In this document: positions 18,211 through 27,664 of the stretch, piece after piece | How positions within the stretch are numbered: the stretch's first letter is position 1 | How the letters are laid out: each line of letters begins with the position of its first letter | Origin: an uncultured Muribaculaceae bacterium | Lineage (GTDB): Bacteria > Bacteroidota > Bacteroidia > Bacteroidales > Muribaculaceae | Direction: 5' to 3' | NCBI GenBank assembly: GCA_947090195.1 | Contig: CAMUND010000001.1 | Coordinates: 12,236 to 76,235, forward strand | DNA: 64,000 nt | Program-made: the position numbers and the translations under genes | The notes under the pieces: generated by a model | The model's database searches: none | What the model was told of the DNA's origin: nothing | The model's input: the letters and a program-made list of their open reading frames with translations, nothing else

Positions 18211-20706
18211 TTATTTGTTGGGGAATCTCAGCACGGTGAAGGAGTAAGGAGGCATCACGTAGTCACCGGTAAAGTCAATGACACCTTCGATGGGCGCAAC
18301 CTGTGTTCCTTCCGGAGTTCCTGTGAGCAAAGTGAAGTTCACTTTGCCGCTCTTAAGGCTTTCGGTGCTTTGGAGATTAGTGTTGACTTCCACCGGAAGC
18401 ATATTCACAAGCTTAACGATAATGTCACCGGTCTCGGGATCAACCACGGTGGATGTTCCCACTCTCACCTTCACTTCCTCGCTGTCAGTGTCAAGATTGG
18501 TTATAGCCGGTACATAAGTTGTGCCGCTATTCTGTCCATACATGCGCTGTACGTAGTAGTCGGGAGTGAGGTTGATGTTGGTGTTGTCGAAATATATAAG
18601 GTCAGGAACCCACTGGGTGTGGTTCTTTTTAGCCAAAAGGGGAGCGTAAGACGACATTTCCACAACATCGCCGTTGCGTTCCACGGCTGTGAGGTAAAGC
18701 GCGTCAGTAAGCGCAACTTCAAGATTGGAGGGACGACCGTTCATGTGGGATGCGTATTCACCAAGATATACCTTAGTTCCGCCACGGCGGTACTTGTCGT
18801 AATAGTCCTGATTGTGGATGAGCCATCCGGGGCTTACATAATAGTGCTCGTCGACAATGGGAATGTTGTTTTCAACAGCAAAACGCCATCCTTCCTCATA
18901 GTCGGGACCTTCGTAGAACGGACCTACGGTGCCTACCACTATCATTTCGGGATAAGCTTTCTTAATGGCGTTGTATATCATGAGGAATCGTGTCTTGAAA
19001 GCGTCAGTGATAAGGTCCTCGTTGCCTATACCTATATATTTAAGATTGAACGGTTCGGGATGACCGGCTTTGGCACGTTCAGCGCCCCATTTGGTGTTTA
19101 CATCGCCGTTGGCGTACTCGATGAGGTCAAGGATATCCTGCACATAAGCGTCCATTTCGCTCATGGGTATGCCTCCTTGTTGACCTTCGGCAGTAAGTAA
19201 ATCGCAGGAATGATGGGCTTTCCATGCTGAATTCTGGCAAGGCACTCCGGCAGCAAGCACGGGTAGCGGTTCAGCGTCGATGTCCTCGCAGAAGAGGAAG
19301 TATTCATAATAGCCGAGTCCGCGGGTCTGGTGGTAGCCCCAAAGGTTACCCATTCCTTTTCGTGCTTCAAGGTCGCCGATAGAGCCTTTCCAGTCGTAGA
19401 TGTTGTCGACACCGTTACCGTGGGCTACACAACCGCCGGGGAAACGTACAAATTGAGGCTTAAGGTCGGCAAGAGTCTGTGCAAGATCGGCGCGAAGACC
19501 GTTTTTGCGTCCTTTAAATGTATTTTCGGGGAACAATGAAATCATGTCGAGGTTGATTGTCCCTTTTTTCTTGGGAAGAATGCGGAGAGTAGTGCTGTCA
19601 CATGATTCTTTTGCTGTGAGGACAGCTTCGATGCTTTTCCAGTCGCTTCCTGCGGGAATGTTTACGCTCTTGGATGCGATAGTCTTTCCTGCGGGAGACA
19701 CAAGGCTAACTTCAAGGCTGTTGGCTGATGGAGCATTGGCTTTGATAGAGAAGTTATAGTTTTCGCCTTTCTTTACCGGAATTCCGTCATAACCGGTGTT
19801 GTATAAAGCCACACCCGGCTTGGTTATGTCAAGAGCCAAGTAATGAGCGTTGTTGGTGTGAATGGGATTTTCGGTGGCAATCTCCGATTTATAGTTTCCG
19901 TTGCCTTTGAAAGACCAAGCGTACATTGAATCCCAGTTTTGGCGGGAGTGGTCGGCTGCGCTGTATTCAAAGTCTCGGTTCTGCACAAGTTCGCCGTATA
20001 GACCTCCGTCGGCAGCATAGTTGATGTCCTCGAAGAATATTCCCATGAGCTTGTCGCTTATCGGCTTGGAATGGTGGGGCTGCAGGCGTACAGTCATGTT
20101 AAGCGGCTTAAGGTCCTTGAAGCGGTCCTTGTCGCCGGCAGTGGTCTGAGCGTACTGCGCGCCACGGCGGTTGCCTGCGTTCATGGCTGTGAGGTAGCTT
20201 TTAAGCGGAGCAGCCGGCACTTTCAGTATTGAGCCGGAGTAAGTTTTCTCTCCTACAGTTTCAGTGGCGGGAGTTCCCATGCGGAATGAAGAGGGGAGAG
20301 TGCGGGCGTTTGCTGCGGAAGAGTATTCCTGCGGCATCCAGTTGGTGAGGTTGGGAGAAGTGGTATAGGCGAGTACGGTCTTAGCCTTGTCGGGGTTGAA
20401 AGTCACGCCCCACATCTGATTGTTGTCATCGTAGGCAATCACGGGGAAAAACATTCTTTTGGCTGAGCCCCATGCGCCGAAGTCGCTGCTTAATACGGTG
20501 CGGTTGTCAGCAAACGGTTTCCATTCGCCGGAATGGGAGCACTTGGTGGCAATTTTCATGCCGCCGGTTCCGTCAGGTTGTGAATAAACGAAAATCTCAA
20601 CAGAATCTTTCTGCAGAGAGCATTGTTCTTGAGCATTGATAGAAAAGGCTCCGATTGTTGTCGCAACAATGGCGGCAAGAATTTTTTTAGATTGCACGAT
20701 GTTCAT
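18211..20706 (-). CDS. GH51 alpha-L-arabinofuranosidase with N-terminal extension and CBM-like domain
   Basis: GIFFEDINYAADGGLYGELVQNRDFE, RFPGGC, IGIGNE (acid/base), VYLGEYA (nucleophile), MSSYAPLLAK. Confidence 0.9.
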   Translation of the reverse strand: MNIVQSKKILAAIVATTIGAFSINAQEQCSLQKDSVEIFVYSQPDGTGGMKIATKCSHSGEWKPFADNRTVLSSDFGAWGSAKRMFFPVIAYDDNNQMWGVTFNPDKAKTVLAYTTSPNLTNWMPQEYSSAANARTLPSSFRMGTPATETVGEKTYSGSILKVPAAPLKSYLTAMNAGNRRGAQYAQTTAGDKDRFKDLKPLNMTVRLQPHHSKPISDKLMGIFFEDINYAADGGLYGELVQNRDFEYSAADHSRQNWDSMYAWSFKGNGNYKSEIATENPIHTNNAHYLALDITKPGVALYNTGYDGIPVKKGENYNFSIKANAPSANSLEVSLVSPAGKTIASKSVNIPAGSDWKSIEAVLTAKESCDSTTLRILPKKKGTINLDMISLFPENTFKGRKNGLRADLAQTLADLKPQFVRFPGGCVAHGNGVDNIYDWKGSIGDLEARKGMGNLWGYHQTRGLGYYEYFLFCEDIDAEPLPVLAAGVPCQNSAWKAHHSCDLLTAEGQQGGIPMSEMDAYVQDILDLIEYANGDVNTKWGAERAKAGHPEPFNLKYIGIGNEDLITDAFKTRFLMIYNAIKKAYPEMIVVGTVGPFYEGPDYEEGWRFAVENNIPIVDEHYYVSPGWLIHNQDYYDKYRRGGTKVYLGEYASHMNGRPSNLEVALTDALYLTAVERNGDVVEMSSYAPLLAKKNHTQWVPDLIYFDNTNINLTPDYYVQRMYGQNSGTTYVPAITNLDTDSEEVKVRVGTSTVVDPETGDIIVKLVNMLPVEVNTNLQSTESLKSGKVNFTLLTGTPEGTQVAPIEGVIDFTGDYVMPPYSFTVLRFPNK

Positions 20707-20813
20707 GATAAGGTTATCGGTTTAATTGGTTAATACAATACAAATTTAATGAAAAATTTCGGGAACGACAAACGCATGTCGTCGAACCAGTGTAAACAGT
20801 TACGGTTATTTAA

Positions 20814-23800
20814 TCAAACCATGGAAATGTGCCGGCGCAAAGGGTACCAAAGATACCCGCGGACAACTTTGTCGGGGAACATGCGCTTGACGAAGCTTAC
20901 ATAGCGTTGCACCTGGTGATAATAGGATTTAGGTTCTTCTTCGCCAAACTTGAAGTCCACGACATCGATGCCTCCGTCGGCAGTCCACACCACACGGTCA
21001 GGACGGTAATGGCACACTTCGTTTTCTTTCGACACCGCGATGAGGGGACGCTCGTTGAGAAGGCGAGTGTAGCCTTCGAACCAGCGGTCGACACGCTCGT
21101 CATCCAATGCTTCCTTAAGCTGGGCTATTACGTCATCCACTTCGCCGGCTTCGATAAATCCTTTCATGGCTCTTCGGCGCACTGCTTTTTCCACGTCGTC
21201 ACGGTGGCGGATGTCAGTCATCACCGAGTGAAGTATTATGCCCCGCAAACGCGGACGTTCCATCTCCTCTATGTCCTCGATGCGGCTTAATGCCCATAGG
21301 TTCTCGTTGTCGTAAGCGTAATAGTCAGGGACAGGAATGTCCGTCACAGTTCTTTCTGATTTTTTGTTGACAGTAGGAGTCCCCAGGCGGAATACTTCTT
21401 CTCCGTCCACTTTGTCCGATAACGGCACTATCAGATTGGAGCCGGGAAGAACGCTTTCGCAATATTCAGGGCTTACCGAAGAGAATGCCTCTTCCAAGCT
21501 TTGGTTGACACGTGATATCTCATTAAGCGATTCCGTGAACTTATATCCTATTATCAATTCTTTTATCGCACGAGTGAATCCCACATAGGTCTTGTTGATT
21601 ATATCCACAATCTCCTTGCGGGTGTTGAGGATGTATTGTTCCCGAAGGTCAGTCTCGATGAGTTTCTTCTGTGACTTTAGCGGAATGAAGGGAGGAATTG
21701 CCTCGGGAGAAAAATAGCGGTTGTTAAGCGATGAGATGGGCGCACCAGTCGCAGTGTCGGTGGTGCGGAACCATACCAGGCTAGCATGAGTTCCTGATTT
21801 CACATATTCCCAGTCGACCAACGGAATGTGCACGCACGGGAATTCAAGACCTTTGGACTTGTGGATGGTCATGACCCTTATAGCCTGCACATCGCTCGGA
21901 GTGTCAAGGCTCTTGTCGCATCCGCGCTCATCCCACCATTTTAAGAAAGAATGCAGGTCGGCTGTCAGGCATTGCGACGTGAAGTCAAACACCAGGTCCT
22001 GGAATGCGCTTATAAATATATTCTCAGAATGGAGAATGTCACTGTTAAGATAACGCACCACAATTCTCTCGACAAGCGAAGGAAGGCTTACGCATGACAT
22101 CTCTTCGGCTTCGTGAGCCATCTTTTCCGGAGCATCCTCGCTGTTCAGCGCTTTGCTTATGGCAATACGGTGATCCTGTTCGGTGGCTAAGTAATACTGG
22201 AAGCGGGTGTTGATGCGCAGCATTCTCTGATAGTCGTTCTCGGCATGGTCAGGCGATGACGTGTTGTGGTTGTCAAGATACCTCATCACGCTCACTATGA
22301 GTTTGACCGCAGGAGAACCGCTGATGCGGAGTGCTTCTTCCGACATGATTCTTATGTCGCGCAGTGCGTTGTCGCATTGGCGCGCGTTAAGAAGGAACTG
22401 TATTATCTCCTCAGCTTCGGAGTTCTTGTTGACAAGGATGGCTATGTCCTGTTGCCTGTAACCGGAGTCGAGTTGGCGTTTTATTTCGTCAAGCATTGAC
22501 TCAAAAGCCTCTGACTTTTCGTTGTAAGGAAATGCTTTCACATACCCTTCGTAATCGGTTTTCTTCACTTTCTGTATTACATTGCTGTAGATATCCTCGA
22601 CATCCAACTGCCCGGCAAGGTAAGTGAAGATGGTGTTGTTGAACCTTACAATTTCAGGCGCGCTACGCCAGTTGCTGTTTTCCTCCGGAGTATTGCCGTG
22701 TATTTCGCTTTGTAGCTTAAACTCGTCAGGCACATCTTTCACAATAAGGTCAGGATCGGAGTTACGGAAGCGGTAAATTGACTGCTTTTCGTCGCCGATG
22801 ATGAGATTGTCGTTGTCAGTGGCAAGACTTTCCCTGACAAGTGAGCTAAGATTCAGCCATTGCAGCCGTGATGTGTCCTGAAATTCATCGATAAGGAAAT
22901 GCCTGAGCCGCACTCCCATGCGCTCGTATATGAACGGAGCTTCTTCCTGATTGATGATGCGGCACAGAATGTCGTTGGTGTCGGAAAGCAGAATGGCGTT
23001 GTTGTCATTACGGCTTTCAAGCGACTTTCTTTTGATTTCGCCTAATAGCCCGAGGTTGTATATGCTGTTTTTTATGATGGGGTACAGCAGTATATTGTCC
23101 TGCGTGGCAAACGCCAATTCTATCAGCGAGGTAAGCAGGGCATCGGTAGAGTCATCAGGCTCTTTGCCTTTCTTGTAGCGTTTGGTCCAGTAGCCTTTAG
23201 TGCTGTCAATAGGGGGGAAAAGCCCGTTACTCCAAGCGTCAAGCTTATCATTGATGTATTTTACCGTTCCATTGCCTGCATTTTCTATGATTGCCGGAAT
23301 GGTGGACTTGGCAAATTCAAAGAAATCGTTTTTCAGTCCCTCTTCCGCTTCGTGCAGCTGGCGGTTGAATTTTATTATCAGTTCCGGGTTGTCCAGATAA
23401 GCATCGATTGCCTTGGCGTTCAATTTATAAGTTTCGCTGAGCGCTTTCAGCGTGAAGTCCTTGATGTCCTTTACTACCTGTGACTTGCGGTTGAAGATGT
23501 TGAATGTCTTGCCGTCGTGAATGCGGAACGACATGTATTTCTTCAGCCAGTCGATTATGTGAAGATAGTGGGGGTCGCGTTCAAGTTCTTCATTGGTGAT
23601 GCGGTTAATCGATGACAACATCTCATTTATGCCTACCATTATGGCGTTCATGTCGTCAAGTTCCACGTCGTAATTGCCGGTTAGGCTCGCTTCACGCGCG
23701 AAAGTGCGTAACACGGTCTGGAAAAAGGAGTCGATTGTAGCTACATTGAAGTTGGTGAAGTCACACAGCAAATTTCTCAGAGCTTTGGCGGCGTGTGACC

Positions 23801-24098
23801 TCAGTTCATCGGGAGAGCAGTTAAAATCCTTTTGCAGGATGCTTTCGTAATCGCTCTTTTCCCCCTTGGATGAAGGCGCACCGGCAAGCAAAGATAATTG
23901 CTTCACAATTCTGCGCTTCATCTCCTCGGTGGCTTTGTTGGTGAACGTAATCGCCAATATGGCGCGGTGTCTGTTGTTGCGAGACGACAGCCGGTATTCG
24001 CCATTCTGATTTTTTTCGCCGAGCAGAAGCCGTATATACTGGTAGGTGAGGGTATAAGTCTTTCCTGAGCCTGCGGAAGCTTTGTGAATGATGAGCAT
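20814..24098 (-). CDS. addA: UvrD/AddA-like ATP-dependent helicase with C-terminal RecB-type nuclease
   Basis: KASAGSGKT, LAITFTNKAT, FLIDEFQDTS, IGDEKQSIYRFR, MTIHKSKGLEF, YVGFTRA; RPDRVV...VVDFKFG nuclease motif. Confidence 0.8.
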   Translation of the reverse strand: MLIIHKASAGSGKTYTLTYQYIRLLLGEKNQNGEYRLSSRNNRHRAILAITFTNKATEEMKRRIVKQLSLLAGAPSSKGEKSDYESILQKDFNCSPDELRSHAAKALRNLLCDFTNFNVATIDSFFQTVLRTFAREASLTGNYDVELDDMNAIMVGINEMLSSINRITNEELERDPHYLHIIDWLKKYMSFRIHDGKTFNIFNRKSQVVKDIKDFTLKALSETYKLNAKAIDAYLDNPELIIKFNRQLHEAEEGLKNDFFEFAKSTIPAIIENAGNGTVKYINDKLDAWSNGLFPPIDSTKGYWTKRYKKGKEPDDSTDALLTSLIELAFATQDNILLYPIIKNSIYNLGLLGEIKRKSLESRNDNNAILLSDTNDILCRIINQEEAPFIYERMGVRLRHFLIDEFQDTSRLQWLNLSSLVRESLATDNDNLIIGDEKQSIYRFRNSDPDLIVKDVPDEFKLQSEIHGNTPEENSNWRSAPEIVRFNNTIFTYLAGQLDVEDIYSNVIQKVKKTDYEGYVKAFPYNEKSEAFESMLDEIKRQLDSGYRQQDIAILVNKNSEAEEIIQFLLNARQCDNALRDIRIMSEEALRISGSPAVKLIVSVMRYLDNHNTSSPDHAENDYQRMLRINTRFQYYLATEQDHRIAISKALNSEDAPEKMAHEAEEMSCVSLPSLVERIVVRYLNSDILHSENIFISAFQDLVFDFTSQCLTADLHSFLKWWDERGCDKSLDTPSDVQAIRVMTIHKSKGLEFPCVHIPLVDWEYVKSGTHASLVWFRTTDTATGAPISSLNNRYFSPEAIPPFIPLKSQKKLIETDLREQYILNTRKEIVDIINKTYVGFTRAIKELIIGYKFTESLNEISRVNQSLEEAFSSVSPEYCESVLPGSNLIVPLSDKVDGEEVFRLGTPTVNKKSERTVTDIPVPDYYAYDNENLWALSRIEDIEEMERPRLRGIILHSVMTDIRHRDDVEKAVRRRAMKGFIEAGEVDDVIAQLKEALDDERVDRWFEGYTRLLNERPLIAVSKENEVCHYRPDRVVWTADGGIDVVDFKFGEEEPKSYYHQVQRYVSFVKRMFPDKVVRGYLWYPLRRHISMV

Positions 24099-24108
24099 GT
24101 TACAACAG

Positions 24109-24450
24109 TCAGATTATGCGTGCTTTGTATCCGGCGCTTTTTAGTGCGTCCACAACCTCCTTGCGGCGGTCGCCCTGTATGAGTATTTCACCTCCGCGTG
24201 CCGAGCCTCCTGTGGCAAGCCGTTTTTTCAGCATTGAGGCGAGTTGCTGCAACTCTTCATCGGAGCCTTCAAATCCGGTTATTATTGTGGCTTGTTTTCC
24301 TGCACGGTGTTTTTTCTCCAGCACCACATCAAGGCGCATGGATTTCTTACGCTTGTTCTCCTCCTCTTCAGGCGCAGGAATTTTTTCGTTAGGGTTGGAT
24401 TGGGGCAGATCAGGGTTGGAAGCCAAAAACGCTTTCAGCGCGTCCTCCAT
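24109..24450 (-). CDS. SUI1/YciH-like translation factor
   Basis: EKKHRAGKQATIITGF, LKKRLATGGSARGGEILIQGD; start at 24450 follows the upstream stop by 1 nt. Confidence 0.88.
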   Translation of the reverse strand: MEDALKAFLASNPDLPQSNPNEKIPAPEEEENKRKKSMRLDVVLEKKHRAGKQATIITGFEGSDEELQQLASMLKKRLATGGSARGGEILIQGDRRKEVVDALKSAGYKARII

Positions 24451-24451
24451 G

Positions 24452-24934
24452 TTATTGGATAGAGTCATAGGAGAATGAGGTGCTGTCAGGTTCGTCAATA
24501 AAAGTTTCTTCGATATTAACCACCGAGTCCGGTGAATACTGGTTGGTGGATCTCACAATCTGTTTCAGCATCGCGCTATGAGCCATGTCCTCTACCGGAA
24601 TGGAGTTGAAAAACTTATTTACGGTGGTTGAATCGGTGTTATAGGCAAGGTGGAAACACTGAACGGCATAGCCAATATTTTCGGAAGCTTCAACCTCGTC
24701 GGCAATTTTCATGTACAGGATTGACAACCGGCACAGCAGGTCAACGTCCTTTTCGGGCGCGCTTACCTGTTCTTCGAGAATGTCGGTGCATATTTCCGAT
24801 GCTTTTTCCGGTTTATTTTGTTCAAGGGCAGTCTCGGCATTCTCCACATCCTCAGTGGAAGCCGAAATGCAGCTTGATGTGAGTATCGCTATTCCAATGG
24901 ATACTGACAACAGATATTTAGATACTCTTTTCAT
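24452..24934 (-). CDS. Uncharacterised helical lipoprotein
   Basis: Lipoprotein signal AILTSSC; TPR-like helical content; in operon with rnr and SUI1. Confidence 0.65.
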   Translation of the reverse strand: MKRVSKYLLSVSIGIAILTSSCISASTEDVENAETALEQNKPEKASEICTDILEEQVSAPEKDVDLLCRLSILYMKIADEVEASENIGYAVQCFHLAYNTDSTTVNKFFNSIPVEDMAHSAMLKQIVRSTNQYSPDSVVNIEETFIDEPDSTSFSYDSIQ

Positions 24935-24945
24935 AAATAAGGAGA

Positions 24946-25335
24946 TTATAGTTTCTTTTCGTAGCGGTAAGCCACGCCTTCTTTGCCTAAGGTGATGGAA
25001 CGGTCGTCGAAGTCAACCAACTTGCGGCTCATTGCGGGCGCGACACTGCCTATGAGCGAAGTATCGCCGACACAACGGACTGTGGAGAGGTCGTTGTTGA
25101 TGATAAGGGAGTCGTTTCTTACATCCCATGTGCCTTGGACCTCCATTGTCAGCACTTCCGGAAGCTGATTGCGCACTACACAGGTGCCGTCCTTTTTAAG
25201 CTCGTACATGGGCAAGGTGTCGGACAGCTCCACATTGTAATATTCACCTACTATCTTTTGTGCCTTGGATGATAGTTTGCTGCAACCGGTCAATATCATC
25301 CCTATACCCAAAATGATTAAGACTATTCCTTTCAT
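24946..25335 (-). CDS. Uncharacterised lipoprotein (lipocalin-like beta barrel possible)
   Basis: MKGIVLIILGIGMILTGC from ATG 25335; IVGEYY, GTWDVRNDSLII. Confidence 0.65.
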   Translation of the reverse strand: MKGIVLIILGIGMILTGCSKLSSKAQKIVGEYYNVELSDTLPMYELKKDGTCVVRNQLPEVLTMEVQGTWDVRNDSLIINNDLSTVRCVGDTSLIGSVAPAMSRKLVDFDDRSITLGKEGVAYRYEKKL

Positions 25336-25345
25336 GACTCTTCGG

Positions 25346-27604
25346 TTATCGTCGTGAGCGTCGTGCTCGGTCTTTTCCTTTTTTCTTGCTCTTGGTGCTC
25401 TTTCCCTTTTTAAGCGCCTCTTTGGTCGACACGTTGTATCCGGCTGTGTCCTCACGTGGTTTTCCCGAGTCATCAAGCAGAGCGAAGTCCACCTGACGCT
25501 TTTCGATGTTGGCTCTCGCCACCTGCACTTTCACATGGTCGCCAAGGGTATAGCGGATATGGGTGTGCCGTCCTACAAGACAGAAATTGCGCTCGTCGAA
25601 GTCATAGTAATCATCGGCAAGGTCACGCACAGGCACAAGCCCTTCGCATTTGTTCTCGTTAAGCTCCACGTAAAGTCCCCACTCGGTGACACCCGAGATT
25701 ATGCCTTCGTACACCTGTCCGAGGCGGTCGGCAAGGAATTCCACCTGCTTGTATTTTATAGATGTGCGTTCGGCATTCGCAGCCAACTGCTCCATCTGGC
25801 TTGAGTGCTTACACTGATCTTCCAGCTTAAACTGGTTCACACTTCGTCCTCCGTTCAGATAACGTTCAAGCAGGCGATGCACCATCATGTCGGGGTATCG
25901 GCGTATAGGTGAGGTGAAGTGGGTATAATAGTCAAATCCCAGCCCGTAGTGACCGATATTCTCGATTGAGTACACAGCTTTAGCCATTGAGCGGATGGCA
26001 AGGAGCGAGATGAGGTTTTCTTCGCCTTTGCCTTTCACATCCTGCAGCATCTTGTTGATGGAGCGGTTTATCTCTTTAGGAGTGCCGGTAATCTTGATTT
26101 TGTAGCCGAATGTGCGCGCAAGCGAGGCAAGGTCGTTGAGTTTTGCCTCGTCAGGGTGGTCATGGACCCGATAAACGAAAGCTTTGGGCTTCTTTTTCTT
26201 ATCCTTCGACACTCCTATCTCGCGTGCCACGGTTTTATTGGCAAGGAGCATGAATTCCTCGATGAGCTTGTTGGCATCCTTCGACACCTTAAAATATACA
26301 TTTACCGGGTGTCCTGTCTCGTCGATGTCGAAACGCACTTCTTCGCGGTCGAAATCCACCGAGCCGTGCTCAAAACGTTTTTCACGCAGAATCTTAGCCA
26401 GCCTGTTGAGGGTAAGCAGTTCTTCCACGAGGTCCCCTTCGCCGGTTTCGATGCGTTCCTGCGCTTCTTCGTAAGTGAATCGGCGGCATGATTTGGTCAC
26501 GGTGCGACAAATATTGTGCTTCAAGACCTTGGCGTTGTCATCTATCTCGAATATGCAGGAGAAAGTGAGCTTCTCCTCGTCGGGACGCAATGAGCATATG
26601 CCGTTGCTCAGGTGTTCGGGAAGCATGGGCACGGTACGGTCCACAAGGTAGACTGATGTGGCGCGTTTCTGGGCTTCTTTTTCAAGAATAGAATCAGGCT
26701 TTACGTAGTGGGTGACATCGGCTATGTGCACGCCCACTTCCCAATTGCCGTTAGGAAGCTTCCTGATGGAGAGCGCGTCGTCGAAGTCCTTCGCGTCCTT
26801 GGGGTCGATGGTGAATGTGGTCACTTCCCTCATGTCGAGACGTTTTGCAATCTCTTCGGGAGTGATGCCGGCATCGATTTTTTCAGCGGCTTTCTCCACT
26901 GCCACCGGATATCGGTAGGGAAGTCCGAACTCGGCAAGGATGGCGTGCATCTCGGTGTTGTTCTCTCCGGCACGTCCAAGAATGTCGACCACTTCGCCGC
27001 GGGGATTTTTCTCGTCCTCAGGCCAATCGGTTATCACCACCAATGCTTTGTCGCCGGTCTTTCCCCCGTTCACCTTGTTGCGCGGAATCACGATGTCGGT
27101 AGCCAGGAATTTGGAGTCGGTGCTCAGTTTGGCAAAATACTTTTCCACGGTGAGGGTACCAATGAATTCCTGTTCCATCGCCTCAAGTATTTCCACCACT
27201 TTGCACTCCGGCTCCACGCCTTTGCGGTGGGCTGACACTGATACCTTCACAATGTCGCCGTTGAAGGCGTGCATTGAATTCTTTTCGGCTACAAATAAAG
27301 GTTCGTCATCGCCTTCAAGCAGAACGCTGTTCTTGCCGTTGCTTCGCCGGATAAATGTACCGATGGCGATAGTGCCCTTGCTGGGCGACTTGAATTTTCC
27401 GGGAGATACTTCGATGATCTCACCGTCAAATTCCATTTCGGCAAGTCGCATGGCAACTGCTTTCTGCAACTGTGGGGTGTCGGCACCGATGGCATGGGAC
27501 ACTTGTTTGTAATTAAATGTCTTGTTACCTATTGAATCAATATACTGTTTTATGAACGATTCTAAATCTCTCGTCGCTTTACGACGTCCTTTATTTGTTG
27601 CCAT
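25346..27604 (-). CDS. rnr: Ribonuclease R
   Basis: TFTIDPKDAKDFDDALS, LIEEFMLLAN, YTHFTSPIRRYPD, S1 domain, basic C-terminal tail. Confidence 0.95.
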   Translation of the reverse strand: MATNKGRRKATRDLESFIKQYIDSIGNKTFNYKQVSHAIGADTPQLQKAVAMRLAEMEFDGEIIEVSPGKFKSPSKGTIAIGTFIRRSNGKNSVLLEGDDEPLFVAEKNSMHAFNGDIVKVSVSAHRKGVEPECKVVEILEAMEQEFIGTLTVEKYFAKLSTDSKFLATDIVIPRNKVNGGKTGDKALVVITDWPEDEKNPRGEVVDILGRAGENNTEMHAILAEFGLPYRYPVAVEKAAEKIDAGITPEEIAKRLDMREVTTFTIDPKDAKDFDDALSIRKLPNGNWEVGVHIADVTHYVKPDSILEKEAQKRATSVYLVDRTVPMLPEHLSNGICSLRPDEEKLTFSCIFEIDDNAKVLKHNICRTVTKSCRRFTYEEAQERIETGEGDLVEELLTLNRLAKILREKRFEHGSVDFDREEVRFDIDETGHPVNVYFKVSKDANKLIEEFMLLANKTVAREIGVSKDKKKKPKAFVYRVHDHPDEAKLNDLASLARTFGYKIKITGTPKEINRSINKMLQDVKGKGEENLISLLAIRSMAKAVYSIENIGHYGLGFDYYTHFTSPIRRYPDMMVHRLLERYLNGGRSVNQFKLEDQCKHSSQMEQLAANAERTSIKYKQVEFLADRLGQVYEGIISGVTEWGLYVELNENKCEGLVPVRDLADDYYDFDERNFCLVGRHTHIRYTLGDHVKVQVARANIEKRQVDFALLDDSGKPREDTAGYNVSTKEALKKGKSTKSKKKGKDRARRSRR

Positions 27605-27664
27605 AATTATTGGTATGAGTTTATTAACAGTGGTGATATATGCACCTATTTCTTAAACAAGCTG

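Noticed and set aside
20770-20787. ACGACA/TGTCGT hairpin as addA terminator
   Set aside because: The stem is only 6 bp with no adjacent U tract, too weak to call.
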